From assembly GCA_964016885.1 (NCBI GenBank), contig OZ024748.1, positions 10,788,001 through 10,852,000 of the forward strand: DNA of 64,000 nt, written 5' to 3'. How positions within the stretch are numbered: the stretch's first letter is position 1; every line of letters begins with the position of its first letter. A program made the translations under genes and the position numbers. Positions 40,448 through 53,718 of this stretch are shown piece after piece. The stretch comes from Eledone cirrhosa. Taxonomy: Eukaryota. The notes beneath the pieces were generated by a model, which saw only the letters and a list, made by a program, of their open reading frames with translations, was not told the DNA's origin and did not search any database.

Positions 40448-40640
40448 GAGTTAGAAACAGAAGCCTTCGCCACATTTTGACTAAAGAAAATTAGCCTGAT
40501 AGTGGGGTTTAAAAACCCTCAAAATGGAAAAAGATGAGTATTGACATACATCATTTGTTTCCATTTAGAGGGTTTTAAACCCCACTATCAGGCTAATTTT
40601 CTTTAGTCAAAATGCGATGAAAGCTTCTATTTCTAACTCA
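40448..40640. repeat. Fold-back palindrome (about 85-bp arms)
   Basis: tgagttagaaa...ccctc / gaggg...tttctaactca. Confidence 0.8.
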
Positions 40641-41118
40641 GTTTCAAACTTCACTAGCCATCCTCAGAAACAACAAGCTTGCTTTATAAATTTTCAATCC
40701 AGGACCTTTTTTCACTCCTATGAGAGGAACCATTCCCTGATTGACCTCCACCATTTTCTGTTTTGGTTTTTGGTCATGACAGGAGTGTAGCCGTACTCAC
40801 CACGCTTGGCCAATTGCGGGTTGGTGAGGCTATTTAACCCATAGCTGGGTAAACTCATTTCTACAGCTGAGTGAACTGGAGCAACGTGAAATAAAGTGTT
40901 TTTTGCTCAAACTCACAACCTCCGGATTGTAAGCATGATGCTCTAACCACTAAGCCATGCGCCATCTGCTTTATAAATATATATATATATAAATGTTTTA
41001 AATGGTGTTAATAACAAATTCATATCTTTTAAACCATGCAGTAAATATTTAGAAACAACATGCAAGAAAAATGAAACAAATAACAGATTAATTAATTAAT
41101 TGATTGATCAATTTAATA

Positions 41119-41149
<31 letters not shown>

Positions 41150-42035
41150 CACACACATACATATGCACATATACATATATATGTATACGTGTGTGTGTAT
41201 GTATATATATATATGATGGCAAATTATGTATATTTATAAACATACAAGATAGAATTGTAGACATTGCCTCTATAGTCAGGTGGGGTAGCTAATTCAAAGA
41301 TACTTCTTCCAATGTAGTCTTTGGCTAAACCAACTTCACACAGACACACACAGACAGGCATAGATACATACAGACATAGACACACTGATATATAGAGACA
41401 GGCACACATAGATACATACATAGAGACACACATGCACACACAGATACATAGACACACACATATATACACATACATACATAGAGACAGACAGGCACACACA
41501 GATACATACAGACACACACAAATATATACACATACATAGAGACAGACAGGCCCCCCCCCCCCCAGTATTTCTAGGCTCACACCTACTTACAGCCAAGTGG
41601 ACAATGTTTTTTGGTTGCTAATACATTTTATTTTACCCGTGGACTCATTACAGTACCAGTGAGACATGCACACATATATGTACACAGGGATTTAATTAGA
41701 ACCAATCACACAATGAGGAGAAATACAATATTAATCAGTAATTGCTAATACTTTAATCATCCTGACAAATTTCAGGAGACAACTCTGGATATATTTCGAC
41801 CATATTAAACCTCTTCAGTGAAACATCACATACTTCATTATAGTTACCCAAAGAGTTAGAATAAGTATCTTTGAATTCCAATTAGCCTGCCTCAAGTGGT
41901 GCCTATCTATAGTGGCAGTACCATTTGTAGTAGTGGTGGTAGTAGTGGTGGTGGTGATGGTTAAAACAGGCAGTGTAGTCTTAACTAAAGATTAGTTCAT
42001 ATATACTCATGGAATTTAGGTGCTTCAAAGCCTAC

Positions 42036-42098
42036 CTGGTTTAGATTTTAACGAAGAGAGGACAGGTAAAGTCCCTGGCATATTGTTAATTAGACCAG
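42036..42098 (-). CDS. Candidate 63-nt cassette exon (AGLINNMPGTLPVLSSLKSKP)
   Basis: Pyrimidine-rich tttccag acceptor, CAG|gtaggc donor; phase 1-1, matching the host intron; no stop. Confidence 0.5.
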
Positions 42099-42722
42099 CT
42101 GGAAATAGCATAGTAAGGAAAGAAAACCTGTATATCTGCTTCTGTCTTTTATAATAGTTCTTGGATAACTTTAGCTTACAAGTGACGAACAATACAAACT
42201 TTACATATTTATTGTTTTGTAATAAATTACTGATAATTATTATCATTATAAGAAAAGGAATTAAATATAAAGCATCATTATTATTATTATTTTAAATAAA
42301 GAAACAATAATAATTATTATTAATGTTAACAACCATTATCTTTATATATTGTATTACTAAATCCCTCAATTTTTTTTTTATTATTTAGAATATTATTTGG
42401 AAATCTCTCATTAGAAATATAGTAATGTGAGAATTAAGCCTTCTGATACTAAACCACCTTCAACTGCCCCTGGTTTTATGATATAAGTTGTTTATTTTAA
42501 AGTGTTTATATTTATCTAAAAACCTTCCACCATAATTTTACATAAGAACTTTTGTTATACTCCAAACACCAGCATAATAATGAGAAAGTTACTAAATCAC
42601 TCAACATTCTTGATTATTTTCAAAATGATTTGCAAATTATAGGCAGTGTTTTTCATTAGAAATATTGTAACAAAAGGGTTAAGTGATGGAAAAGGAAGAT
42701 AAAATATGATAATTATCCTTAC

Positions 42723-43860
42723 CATCCATTAAATATTGGGAGTTAGACTTGCCTCCACTATAGCTGCACAACACTCGCAGACATTCAACCTCCTTCTCTA
42801 ACCAGATGTACAGCTGGTAACGCATTTGGCCACCGTCCACTTCAAAGCCAGTTGCTAACGTCCGTAATTCCTCCATCATTACCTTCAGACAGGCAATGAA
42901 CTTGTACTGTTGTGCCATGATATCAATCTCGGCAACTTTCTTATCGTAAGATAAATCCTCGTCCGCTTCTTTCACCGGCACAGAGTTTTTGCGGCTACTG
43001 CCCTTCGTTGCACAATCTGATTCATTGTCTGACCTCTCGGAATTCATATCAAAGTTGAGGTCAAGTTTTTCCTCGATGTTGGTATTGATTGAAGAGATTG
43101 GCACACCCCAGTCAAAATCAACGGATCTCTGGCGTGTTAGGTTCTGCACTGGCTCGCTCCAATCGTAGCTTTCAGTGGTTTCTCTAAACGGGTTTGTCTG
43201 ACTGAGATCCACTGGTGGTGCGGCCGTTTTTAAGGATGATCTGCGGTCAAATATTTCAGATATTTGGTATTGACCTGGGGTTTCAATCTCGATAACTTCA
43301 TCATAGTCTACAAGTGGAGGTAGTTTCGAGAGAACTTCGAGGGCCAGTAGGGGACAACCATTTTTGAAATGTGCATGAGCTGTTGTGAAAAACAGCCGAC
43401 GTTCAACGGGAGTGATGCAATCATCATAGGTGACATTCTTGTCCCGAATACCAATGTGAGAGCTTTGAGAAACGAGAGGCATTTCAGCAGCTTTGGAAAC
43501 TTTATTCTGTCGAATGATGAGTGGGTGGGCTCGGAGATAATTATAGAAGTTAAATACACTCGGACTGGAGAAATATTTTTCTCCATCATCCTGTTCTTCA
43601 AGCATATGTCCTGCTCCAAGCCCAGTTTGAAGGAGAGTTTGCAGGGCTCCATCATGGTCCTTCAGCATCCATAACACAATGCTACGAAGGAACGGATCAG
43701 GGTGGGCTTTGCTAGGGAGGTAATTCTGACCACTTTCGTTACAGCCGAGTATTTTCGTATACAAAATCTTCTTTGCACTTTCTGGTAGGCCATCACTACC
43801 ATCGTATAAGCGGCAAATCACCAATGCCAGCTGGATATCTTTTAAACGATCCAAACATAC
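42723..43860 (-). CDS. DMXL2: DMXL exon 23 (VCLDRLKDIQLA...QLYIWLEKEV...YLMD)
   Basis: aag/gtaagg; within ORF 42679-43887. Confidence 0.96.
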
Positions 43861-44481
43861 CTTTGAAATGAAACAAAAAAAAATCAAAAAAAGAGTAAAC
43901 TTTGTAAAGCATTACATGAAAATATTTCAACGGATATTTTATAATATTCTATTTTCTAGATTTTAAGAAATATTTGTACAGAAATAAAAAAATAAAAAAA
44001 ATAGAGTAAAAATTTCCGGAAATTAATGTTTATAAATTTCGGAGTTGTATTCTTATGACTAAGTGATTTTTTTCTCCAGTTTTCTCACCAGTCTACCAAT
44101 TTGACTGATCTACTACCACCCTAGCTCTAATATTGATTAGATCAACCCAGTATTTTACTGGTACTTTATTGTATCGACTCCCGAAAAATGACAAGCTTAA
44201 TACTGAATACGAACTATCTCTATTCCTAAGAAAAAGATAAAACAAAACAAAAATGAACACAAGGGAAATAACTCTAGATCTTATCGTATGATATACTACC
44301 ACAAGGGAGATAAATACTGAACACAAATATAAGCTGACGACATGGCTAAATTATGTTCGATTTGACCAAATTATTGGAATTGTTTGTTATTGGCGATGAT
44401 GATGATGATGAAAAGAAGACAGAAGAATGAAAGAAGAAGACTGTGTAGAAAAAGAGCCGTAAAAAACTCAGCATTACTGAC

Positions 44482-44647
44482 CTCAACTGCATCAGACAGA
44501 GAGTTTCCAAGGAGGAAGAAAGCAGCTGCATGAAGGAATCGCTGACGACCAAGGAGAGCAAATGCATTTTTCAAAGCAGCTTTCCGCCAGCGTTCCTCGT
44601 TGAAGTTGTTGCGGAAGAAGTCGCTCATCTTTTTTTCATCTACTGAT
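44482..44647 (-). CDS. DMXL2: DMXL exon 22 (SVDEKKMSDFF...WRKAALKNAFALLGRQRF...DAVE)
   Basis: cag/gtcagt; Rav1 hallmark motif. Confidence 0.95.
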
Positions 44648-44756
44648 CTGTAACAGCAAAAGCAACGACGTTAATGAAGGCACCACAGGTTTTAAGAATG
44701 TGCTACTGGCAAGAAGCATCATTGAGAATATTACTAGAGAGAGAGAGAGTCATCAC

Positions 44757-44854
44757 CTGAATAAACCCCACAAAATGGCCTTTTTCTTCATTGCAAGGTA
44801 AAATATGGCAGCATCCATTGGTTCCTTGTTGGCTTGGAATGCAGCTTTGGCGAC
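44757..44854 (-). CDS. DMXL2: DMXL exon 21 (VAKAAFQANKEPMDAAIFYLAMKKKAILWGLFR)
   Basis: tag/gtgatg. Confidence 0.93.
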
Positions 44855-45312
44855 CTAACATTGGAGAAAATGGAATTATAAAAAGGAATATACATATAAA
44901 TGAAACTGAGACAATAGATTAATCTAAAAAATTGAAAAAAAAAAAATGTAGTTTTAAAAATGAGGGTTCATAACTCCTGATGGAGTTGTAGGAGTGCCAT
45001 CCTGAGATATGGTGTGTCTTGGTCATTTTAAACGTAACAGAGCCCATCCCTCTTTTAGGATGGAACTTATATAGTTGAAGAGAAAAATTGAGAAAGAAAT
45101 GGAGAAAAACCAGCCCCAGTACTGGACTGGTAATTTATCGATCTCAAAAGAATGAAAGGCAAAGTCTTAAATATACAGTGTCAAAACCCTCCATCAGTGC
45201 TGTTAAAAATATTCTTTCTTGAGCTGCGCCATATTCACAAACAAGCCCTAACCTAGGAGCTAAATAACAACAGAGATTAATATTACTTTGTAGAAGAAGA
45301 CGCCTGTCTTAC

Positions 45313-45432
45313 CTTCTCAATGGTCTTTCGAAGCTGGTTGATGTTTATGATCCACCAACCAGCTCCATACTGTTTCAGGTCACTCCATGCAGGTTCACCT
45401 TTCTTCATGCTCGGAATACAGGAAAGCAGCTC
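45313..45432 (-). CDS. DMXL2: DMXL exon 20 (ELLSCIPSMKKGEPAWSDLKQYGAGWWIININQLRKTIEK)
   Basis: cag/gtaaga; 40 codons. Confidence 0.93.
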
Positions 45433-45956
45433 CTGAAACACAACAGATATGTCATAAATTAATGTCTGTCTTCTCTACTAGCAAGAGTTGGATGGGTCAT
45501 CATATACTGAGTTTGTACTTAATCAGAGCAACTGGCCTCTCAGAAAAGGCAGTGTGCCACATCTCATATACGTTTTTTACCACTCTACATACACATTCTC
45601 AAAATATAGTACTGTAGTAATGTGCCATCACGTTGGTTGCATTCTCAAAATAAAACGTTTTATTATATATTTTGCATTGGAATGAAAACAGAGAATTTAT
45701 TGGAAGATCTGTTTTAGTTGAATTTGATCAAGTAACTCAAGATGTCGTGATCAAGAACACACAAGAGGACTCGAGCAGCAAACTCAAGATATTTTGATCA
45801 GGAACACACAAGAGGATGTGAACAAGAAACTCAATAAAATTTGAACAGGAAGCTCAAGATGTCTTGCTCAGAACCACACATAATAGGACTTGAGTGATAG
45901 AATTCCAAGAAAGACAAGAAATATCTACAACTGGTAGAAGAAGATGCCTGGCTTAC

Positions 45957-46111
45957 TTCTGTGGCTTCAGAATGGAAAGCCCAAACAATGTAATGAGAGC
46001 GCAGTCCTTCTTTCTGTAGCTGTCTTCTCTGATGGGGTGGTAGTGTCCTTGACAGATAAGAATGAAACCGCATGGCCAATAAAAATTTGATTCCACATTC
46101 ATCCATAGATT
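45957..46111 (-). CDS. DMXL2: DMXL exon 19 (ESMDECGIKFLLAMR...WAFHSEATE)
   Basis: cag/gtaagc. Confidence 0.93.
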
Positions 46112-46512
46112 CTGGAAAATAAGTTTAAAAATTTATCAAAATTAGCAGGGAAAGAACCTCATAAAATATACAAGGGAACATTAATCCTTTTGATAGCATA
46201 TTTCTAATGACATATATTGTATTTCAATTAATCAATTAATGAAAATTTGGAGGGATTAACTAGAATTATTATTTCATTATTAAGATGGTATATAACAAAA
46301 GGTATATATATATATAATTATGACTACCAAGTATCAACCAGATACTCAAGGCAGGCATCGTTGGTTTTGACAGTTTTCAATAACTTTTTTTTTCTATTGT
46401 TCTGTCTTCACATTCATTTAAATTATTATTATTATTATTATTGTTGTTGTTAGATAATGTCTATGTTGGAAGTGGGTGGGACTAGAGATAAGATTGTAAA
46501 GGTATACTTTAC

Positions 46513-46554
46513 CTGTATTTGTTGGAGTTATATCATCATCTGTGCGTTGGTTAT
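46513..46554 (-). CDS. DMXL2: DMXL 42-nt exon 18 (DNQRTDDDITPTNT), possibly alternative
   Basis: cag/gtaaag; symmetric phase 1-1; open frame. Confidence 0.65.
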
Positions 46555-46941
46555 CTGTAGATTATATATAACAATATAGTATACTTTATATGATGAAATA
46601 TAGACAAATGATAAATACATGACAATTAATATACATACAGATGAAAATGTATGTGTATATATATATATATATCACACTATATTATACTTTAAATGTTATA
46701 TATATATATATATATATATGACAACTACATACTATACTTATTTGTGTACAATATGCACTCGTGTATAATGTGCATCTATAATTATGGACAAGTCTAAAAA
46801 CAAACAAGCCTAAACACAAACATGTATAAACACTAACAAACCCTAAACACTAACAAGTCTAAATACTAACAAGTCTAAACACTAACAACACTAAACATTG
46901 ACAAGTATACAAATAATAAGAGGTGAATTAACGAGATATAC

Positions 46942-48573
46942 CTGATGACTGTGCATTGTAAGTGCTGGTATCTGTACTGGTAGTTGATATGGTATCAGCC
47001 AGAGCTAGGAGGTACATTTGGTCAAGGTTAGTGAGCCCTGGTAGAAGCATGTGGGTGAGATGTTTGCCGAGAGATTGACACTGTGTGGTGCCAAAAACGT
47101 TGAGCATCTGATGGGGTGTTGGTGCAGACATAGACAGGAAACGACCCCTGTTACTGTTTGACCTTTGTCTAGAGGTCATGCCGTCGTCAGATGTGTTAGA
47201 GAAAACATCAGTGTCGGAATCAGAGTCATCCAGAGTGTTTTCGAAAAGGTCTGTGTAATCTTGGGAAGATGGTTTACCTGTGCCAGCCCCACCACCAACA
47301 ATGTCCGCATCGATGGCAGAATCGTTATCGGCAGCGAGAAGGGCGTAAATCGGTAACGGTGGGATTGAGGTGATTTCAATGTAGTCTAGAGTTGTTTCTT
47401 CACAAATACCAGCAGGTTCGTTCGGTGTGCTGGCTCCGATAGATTTTGTCCTTTGACGATGCAGAGAATGCATCTTGCTCTCTGACGCGTCCATTTCGTC
47501 GCTGTACGTCGTTTGGTAGACTTCACTGACAGCGATGCACCGCACCAGGTGAGAGAGGATCGCACGAACCCTCTTGATGCGGCCAAAATTTAAGAGTTCA
47601 ATCAACTGTTTTGGATGGTACTGAGCCAGGACAGGGTTGGCCTGGCGTGCAGCTTCAAATAAACCGAGATCAGTGATCAGAGTTAAACTAGCAGTACTTT
47701 CACTCTTAGTCAAACTAGCTCTCTTACTGAGCTCCTTCTTCTTTGGGTGGACAGGGGTAAGCGGAGCACCGGGAAGTTGTTTGAAACTGGATATGGATAA
47801 AGATGACTTGAAATTCTGCATGGACTTGCTAGCAGTGAGCATAGATGAACTAGGGATGGTGGACAAGTTGAAATCGGAGAGACTTCGCTTGTCGCAATCT
47901 GGCTCATCATAATTACCAAAGCTTTGGTTATCAAAGCAAGCAGCAGAACCTCGCCACTGAGAGTAGACATGGACCTCATTATCCATAGCCACCACAAGAA
48001 TACCAGAGCGAACCCAGGACATATGCATGGGTAGTGGGGGTAAGCAATCTGCTGTGCTGAGTTCGATACAACGCAGTTTCATCCAACGAATTTCTTCTTC
48101 ATAGTTGTCCACAACAATGCTTTTAGATTTGTGAATTCTTTTTGCATGGCTTGTTTGCCTTTTTCGGTTGTTTGCCGGTTTGCCCATAGAGATCTGAGCA
48201 ATTTCTTCGGACACCTGGGCGTACATGAGAATCTTTGAGCCGACGCCAACGGTGAGGATGTGAGATCCGTCTTCAGTAGAGACCCAGTCTAGTTGTACTA
48301 AATGTTTTTGTACCAAAATGCCAGTTTTGTTTCCGTACTCAGCGATAGATTTCCGTACACTGTGGATAGTGGAGAGACTGGGGACAGATTTAGTGCGAGA
48401 GATGTTGGCAAAAGAACTGGACGGTGAGAGGTTACTCTCTTCTCCAATGCGAAACACTGGAAGGTTTACATTTTCAGGACTCATTATCAAGTTCAAATCT
48501 ATTTCTGCTTTTGGGTCCGGAATGCTTATGTTGTTTAATTCTATTGTATCTTCGAGGGACCATTCTGACCCAC
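46942..48573 (-). CDS. DMXL2: DMXL exon 17 (GGSEWSLED...LDWVSTEDGSHIL...QSS), start of the Rav1p_C-like region
   Basis: cag/gtatat; within 575-aa ORF 46928-48655. Confidence 0.96.
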
Positions 48574-48802
48574 CTGCAAAAGACAAAATCAAGTTTTGAA
48601 TAAAGGAAAGCACATACAGACACATGCATGTATATACACACACACTGACACACACATATCTAATATATACAGCCCCTTCTCTTCCACCAGTCTTGGAGGC
48701 CCTGCACTGTCACAAATACTTGACCCTTCCATCTCTGAAGTAACAGTGAAAATACACATTTGTTAAAATGGAGTTTAACCCTTTAGCATTTACATTACTC
48801 TT

Positions 48803-49975
48803 ATGGCAAAACTCTCTGCAATAGTTGTGAAGGATTATCTTTTTAACTGGTTGAATTCCTTCATTCTCAGTCGAAGAGAGGTAGTCTCGGTTCTGGGACA
48901 GCATTCCTCACCATATGAGATATCATCTGGTGTACAACAGGGATCTGTTCTTGGACCCCTTTTGTTTGACATAGATGCCAACTTAAAGAATGCCACAGTA
49001 CTGAAATATGCAGATGACATCAAGCTGTACCTTGAGATAAAAAGGACAGATCCTGAACACTATAGATCTTGCCTGCAATCTGACCTGGACACAATGCAAC
49101 AATGGATCACAGACTGGCAACTCAAGCTAGCTGTGGACAAGTGCACTACCATGCATTTTGGGAGTAAAAACCCAGCGTCCACATACTCCCTCCACAACAC
49201 TAATATCAAGAAGTCTTCTTGTGAACGTGACCTGGGCATTACGGTCAGCAGCAATTTGCGTTGGACGAAGCACGTCTCTAAAATTGTCAAGAAAGCCAAG
49301 GGTGTCTTAGCATCACTCAGCAAGACCTTTGTCAGCCGTTCTGCAGCTATCTATTTAAAGCTGTACATAGCTATGGTGTGGCCACACTTAGAATTTGCAT
49401 CACCTGTCTGGAACCCCTATCTTGCTCAGAACATTGATCGCCTGGAAACTGTTCAGAGACGTGCAACCAGGCGAATACCCTCCATCAGGCATCTACCATA
49501 CTCTGAATGCCTTGCTTCCCTGGGCATGGATACATTGAAGCTCCGACGTCTGGCAACTGACTTGGTAAACACCCACAAAATTATTAACCATCTTGCCAAC
49601 AACAACCCTGAGTACCTTTTTGATTTCCATGTGTCTAACACATGGGGGCATGCCCACAAAGTCAGAAAACAGCACAGCTCCCATGACTTTCGGAAACATT
49701 TTTTCACGCTCAGAGTTGCTGAAGCATGGAACAAACTACCTGCATCAGTTGTTAGCTGTCGAGACACTGCATCCTTTAAGGCCTCCATGCTTCCTGAGAT
49801 TCGCCAACACTTCACCTAATATTCCCCCTCCATACACATACGCACATGTATATCATGACTCATACACTATTCAATTCCATGACATTTGTATATTATTCTA
49901 TGTACTATACATGCACCTTTGATGAGTTGTAGTGCACCTGAGCACTTTACACAATAATTTCATTATTATTATTAT
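48803..49975 (+). mobile_element. CR1-clade LINE 3' fragment inserted in MITE C
   Basis: GVQQGSVLGPLLF, YADDIKL, ERDLGI, HLEFASPVWNP, VQRRATR; (ATT)n tail. Confidence 0.92.
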
Positions 49976-50236
49976 ATACTATTGTATTTTCATAGTAAAG
50001 GCTTTACCTCACATAATATCAAAGCCATGAGATTTTGATGTTTTTTATTTTTAGGACAATACCTTAACATCAGTATGAGCGGCCGGTTTGAGCAGAAAGA
50101 GGTGAGGGAATTTTGGCCAGATACCCGGATATGGCCGGTTTGAATGCTGAAGGGTTAAGTGTCTCAAGACAAGAGATTTCCATATCTAAACTAGTGACAC
50201 ATGTGACCGAGTGACAATCAAATCAATAACACATAC

Positions 50237-50377
50237 CTGTTGATTCGCATTCATAAATTGCCACACATAAGTTGACAAACACATTGTTAGGTTGCTCCAA
50301 AGTTGTACGTATCCCACCAAAGCGATAGGCCACAGCCAGTCTCCCGCTGTAGGCACAACATACTGTGATGGGTTTCC
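50237..50377 (-). CDS. DMXL2: DMXL exon 16 (GKPITVCCAYSGRLAVAY...AIYECEST)
   Basis: cag/gtatgt. Confidence 0.93.
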
Positions 50378-50790
50378 CTGAAACAGTAATAATAATAATG
50401 ATAATGGTGTTGGTAATGATGATGGTGGTGGTGATGGTGGTGATGAAGGTGGTGGTGATTATGATGGCGATGATGGTGATGGCGATGATGATGGTGGTGG
50501 TGGTGGTGATGTAGGTAGTGGTCGTGGTGGTGTTGATAGTGGCTGTGATGATGGTGGTGGTGGCGGTGGTGATAGTAATTATGATGATCATAGTGATGGT
50601 GGTGATAGTGATGTGATGATGATGTTGGTGAAAATTATAATATTAGAAGTGATAATAATAATAATGATGATGATGATAGTGAAGGCAATACCGAGAAGAA
50701 CAGCGATGATGATGATAATGATAAGATGAAATGAAATAATCAATCTATCTATTAACCAATCAATAAATAAACAAAAAGATCCCTCCTCAC

Positions 50791-51178
50791 CTGGGATTGA
50801 TATTGAACTTGACTTCTTCATATGATTATTCATGGACCACTGTTGCCACTGGTACCTAGAATTGAGGGCAACCGACTGGACATGTGTATTGTAGGTGGGT
50901 TTATTAAAACCCCGTCTATCATCAATAGCCATCTCAAAACTGGTGATACTGGTAGTTAGGTAATCGTCCAGGGGATCCATGCCGCCCACTGACATGTAGG
51001 GTTCCACGGTTTCCATCTCACAGCGCCAGAAATACACCGATTTGTTGGAGCAGGCAGTGACGATGAGGTAGGGGGCCAAACATGCCGGGTAGATCGACGC
51101 AGAACTTAGATGACCGGCTGCAGTGGTGGCACAAATCACCTCCACGTTGCTGGGTAGTGGCAGCTGTTGAGTACTTAC
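50791..51178 (-). CDS. DMXL2: DMXL exon 15 (VSTQQLPLPSNVEVICAT...AGHLSSASIYPACLAPY...ISIP)
   Basis: tag after a (TC)n tract; gtgagg donor. Confidence 0.9.
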
Positions 51179-51218
51179 CTAGATAGATAGATAGAGAGAG
51201 ATTGATAGTTAGAGAGGA

Positions 51219-51316
<98 letters not shown>

Positions 51317-51323
51317 CTAGAGT

Positions 51324-51361
<38 letters not shown>

Positions 51362-51400
51362 TTTATAGAATGTACAGGGTGAATTTCAAAATGACACCAG

Positions 51401-51437
<37 letters not shown>

Positions 51438-51497
51438 AAAAAAATAAATAAATAAACAAGAAATTAAAATCAGAAACTAAGAAATATTTTGAAGTAC

Positions 51498-51670
51498 CTT
51501 AGCTGTGGAATAAGAGATCTTTACACTAACAAGTGATTTGGCAAATGGTTCACCATGAAAGTCTTCCTCATCTTCATCTGAGTCTACATCAAAAGAATTG
51601 ACAAAGGTTTGTTCTCTGGTCTGCTGTTGTTGTTGTTGTTGTTGTTGCTGTTCACTGTGGCTTGGGGCTT
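51498..51670 (-). CDS. DMXL2: DMXL exon 14 (KAPSHSE-polyQ-TREQ...SYSTAK)
   Basis: cag/gtactt; converts phase 1 to phase 0; contains a polyQ run. Confidence 0.85.
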
Positions 51671-52245
51671 CTGTTGGGGTTTAGAAATAAAAAATGTCAA
51701 TCACCATCCTTCTCTATTCTGTCTGCCGAGGCTGCGGGGAGGCCAGCACATGGCCCCCATTTGCTTATTATAGTGAGAGATGAGGAGAACAAGAAAGATG
51801 GAGGCAGTGACAATGGGAATTTGATTCTATTATGTTTAGTCCTTGTTAAGAAATAAAGACAGTGTGTTTAGGAAAGACTAACAGATTTCAAGTAAAATCT
51901 AAGCTCACTTTACATCTATAGAAATAAATTTTAATTTCTAATTGATAAATTTATTATAATTTTGGGGGGAAATATTAAACCAAGATATTAATCTGCTCTG
52001 TAGTAATATAATTAACTTTCTCATTGTCAAGTCAGTGTTTGGAACATAACTTAACAAAGGTTCTTAGATAAAACTACGATGGAAGGTTTTTAGATCAAAG
52101 AGATTTGAGGTTTTAAATCAGGAACCATGTGGTTGTAAAGTAAACTTCTTAACCTACACAGCCATACCTGTTAATTGAACATTACAGGAATCTGAAGGAA
52201 AGAATAAAAAGGTGTGATGAAGAAGGTAACTTAGGTGGTACGTAC

Positions 52246-52471
52246 TGGTTTCATTAGCCGAGTGAGATGAAATGGTGAGTTTCCACATGTGTAATACTGA
52301 TCCACCATGCTTAGCCTTTTCTAGAAGAACTAGGTAGAAATGCTCTTCAAATGAAGCCAAGTTCCTAAGATCCACAAAAGCTTCCAAGTTTTCCATTGTG
52401 AAATCAATAGGAACTTTGCCAGTGAGCAACTGTTCTTGAAAAACATGCAGTAACTGAGTCTCCTGCCAGTC
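52246..52471 (-). CDS. DMXL2: DMXL exon 13 (DWQETQLLHVFQEQLL...LHMWKLTISS)
   Basis: cag/gtacgt. Confidence 0.92.
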
Positions 52472-52731
52472 CTGGATAACATAATACAGATAATAAAATA
52501 GATAAGAGTTCTTCAACCCCTTCAGTCATAGATGTGAACGTTTGTAATAAATCTACTGTTAAGAAGACAACATTTTGTTTTGAAGCTGTAATAGTTACTG
52601 CACTGATTCTTGGTGTCGATGAAAACCAAACAGAAGTACATTCCCATCAACATCAATGGAGAATGTCTCCATTTTCAACTTGATACTGCTTTAGATACCA
52701 ATGTGATATCTATTATATCCATTATATCAAT

Positions 52732-52772
<41 letters not shown>

Positions 52773-53212
52773 GTGTGTGTTGGTGATCTATACGATAAAT
52801 GCACCCAGTACACGCTGTAAAGTGATTGGTGATAGGAGGACCCTGAAGTTGTGTCAAGGACATGACAACCTCTCCTGTGTACTCAGTGATGGAATATATT
52901 ACTGTACATAAACGAGACACAGACCCTCCAGAGGTCACACATACACACACAGACACACACATAACAGATATTGCATCATTCTACATCAGTGTTTCTTAAC
53001 CTGTTTAGTTCCACACTCCACCACAACACCTCAAAAACGTTCATGTCCACCCCTCAATATATAAACATATTTGATGTTGTAAACATATTGTAAACATGTT
53101 ATAAAGATATATTGTAAACATTTTTTTCTAAATTACTCCCACAAACATTAAAATCACACTGTGTGGGGAATGACGTGACTCCCACGTTCAAAATCATTAT
53201 TGTATATCTTAC

Positions 53213-53371
53213 CTGTTTGGCATCGACAATACTTTCAAGTTGTATAATACAACCAGGGTGAGAAGTGGATTGTAAACTGACTATATTGAATATATCATTG
53301 ACTGATGTCTGTGCTGGTTGTTCTTCTTCTTCTATATGGGTGTCCATACTGCTTGACTGACTCTCCAGGCA
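53213..53371 (-). CDS. DMXL2: DMXL exon 12 (CLESQ...IVSLQSTSHPGCIIQLESIVDAKQ)
   Basis: cag/gtaaga; 53 codons. Confidence 0.9.
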
Positions 53372-53585
53372 CTGAAAACAAAAATAACATGAACCAACTT
53401 TAGCTTTCATACTTTCACAGTCAATAAAATAATGTATTAAAGTATTGGAGTTGATTTAATTGATTTTCACCGTTCCTCCCCACCAAATTACTGTGCAGCT
53501 AATGTTAGAAAGAACTGTCTTTATATTAGGGGAAACACGGTATTAGACAAGTTTGTCTGAGAAAGGGTCAACAAGAGGTACTTAC

Positions 53586-53718
53586 AGTCTTCTGAGGTAC
53601 ATTGGATTCAATCAACATTGTTCTAGCATCTATTACAGCCTGGTACATTCGCAGACATTCACCATCAGATGCCACAAAGAGGGCACTAGGGGAGTTGCTG
53701 AAACCACCTAGTGTGTTA
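53586..53718 (-). CDS. DMXL2: DMXL exon 11 (SNTLGGFSNSPSALFVASDGECLRMYQAVIDAR...)
   Basis: cag/gtaagt. Confidence 0.92.

Noticed and set aside
43308-48599. Antisense and alternative-frame ORFs over the large exons
   Set aside because: Shadows of the DMXL coding sequence.
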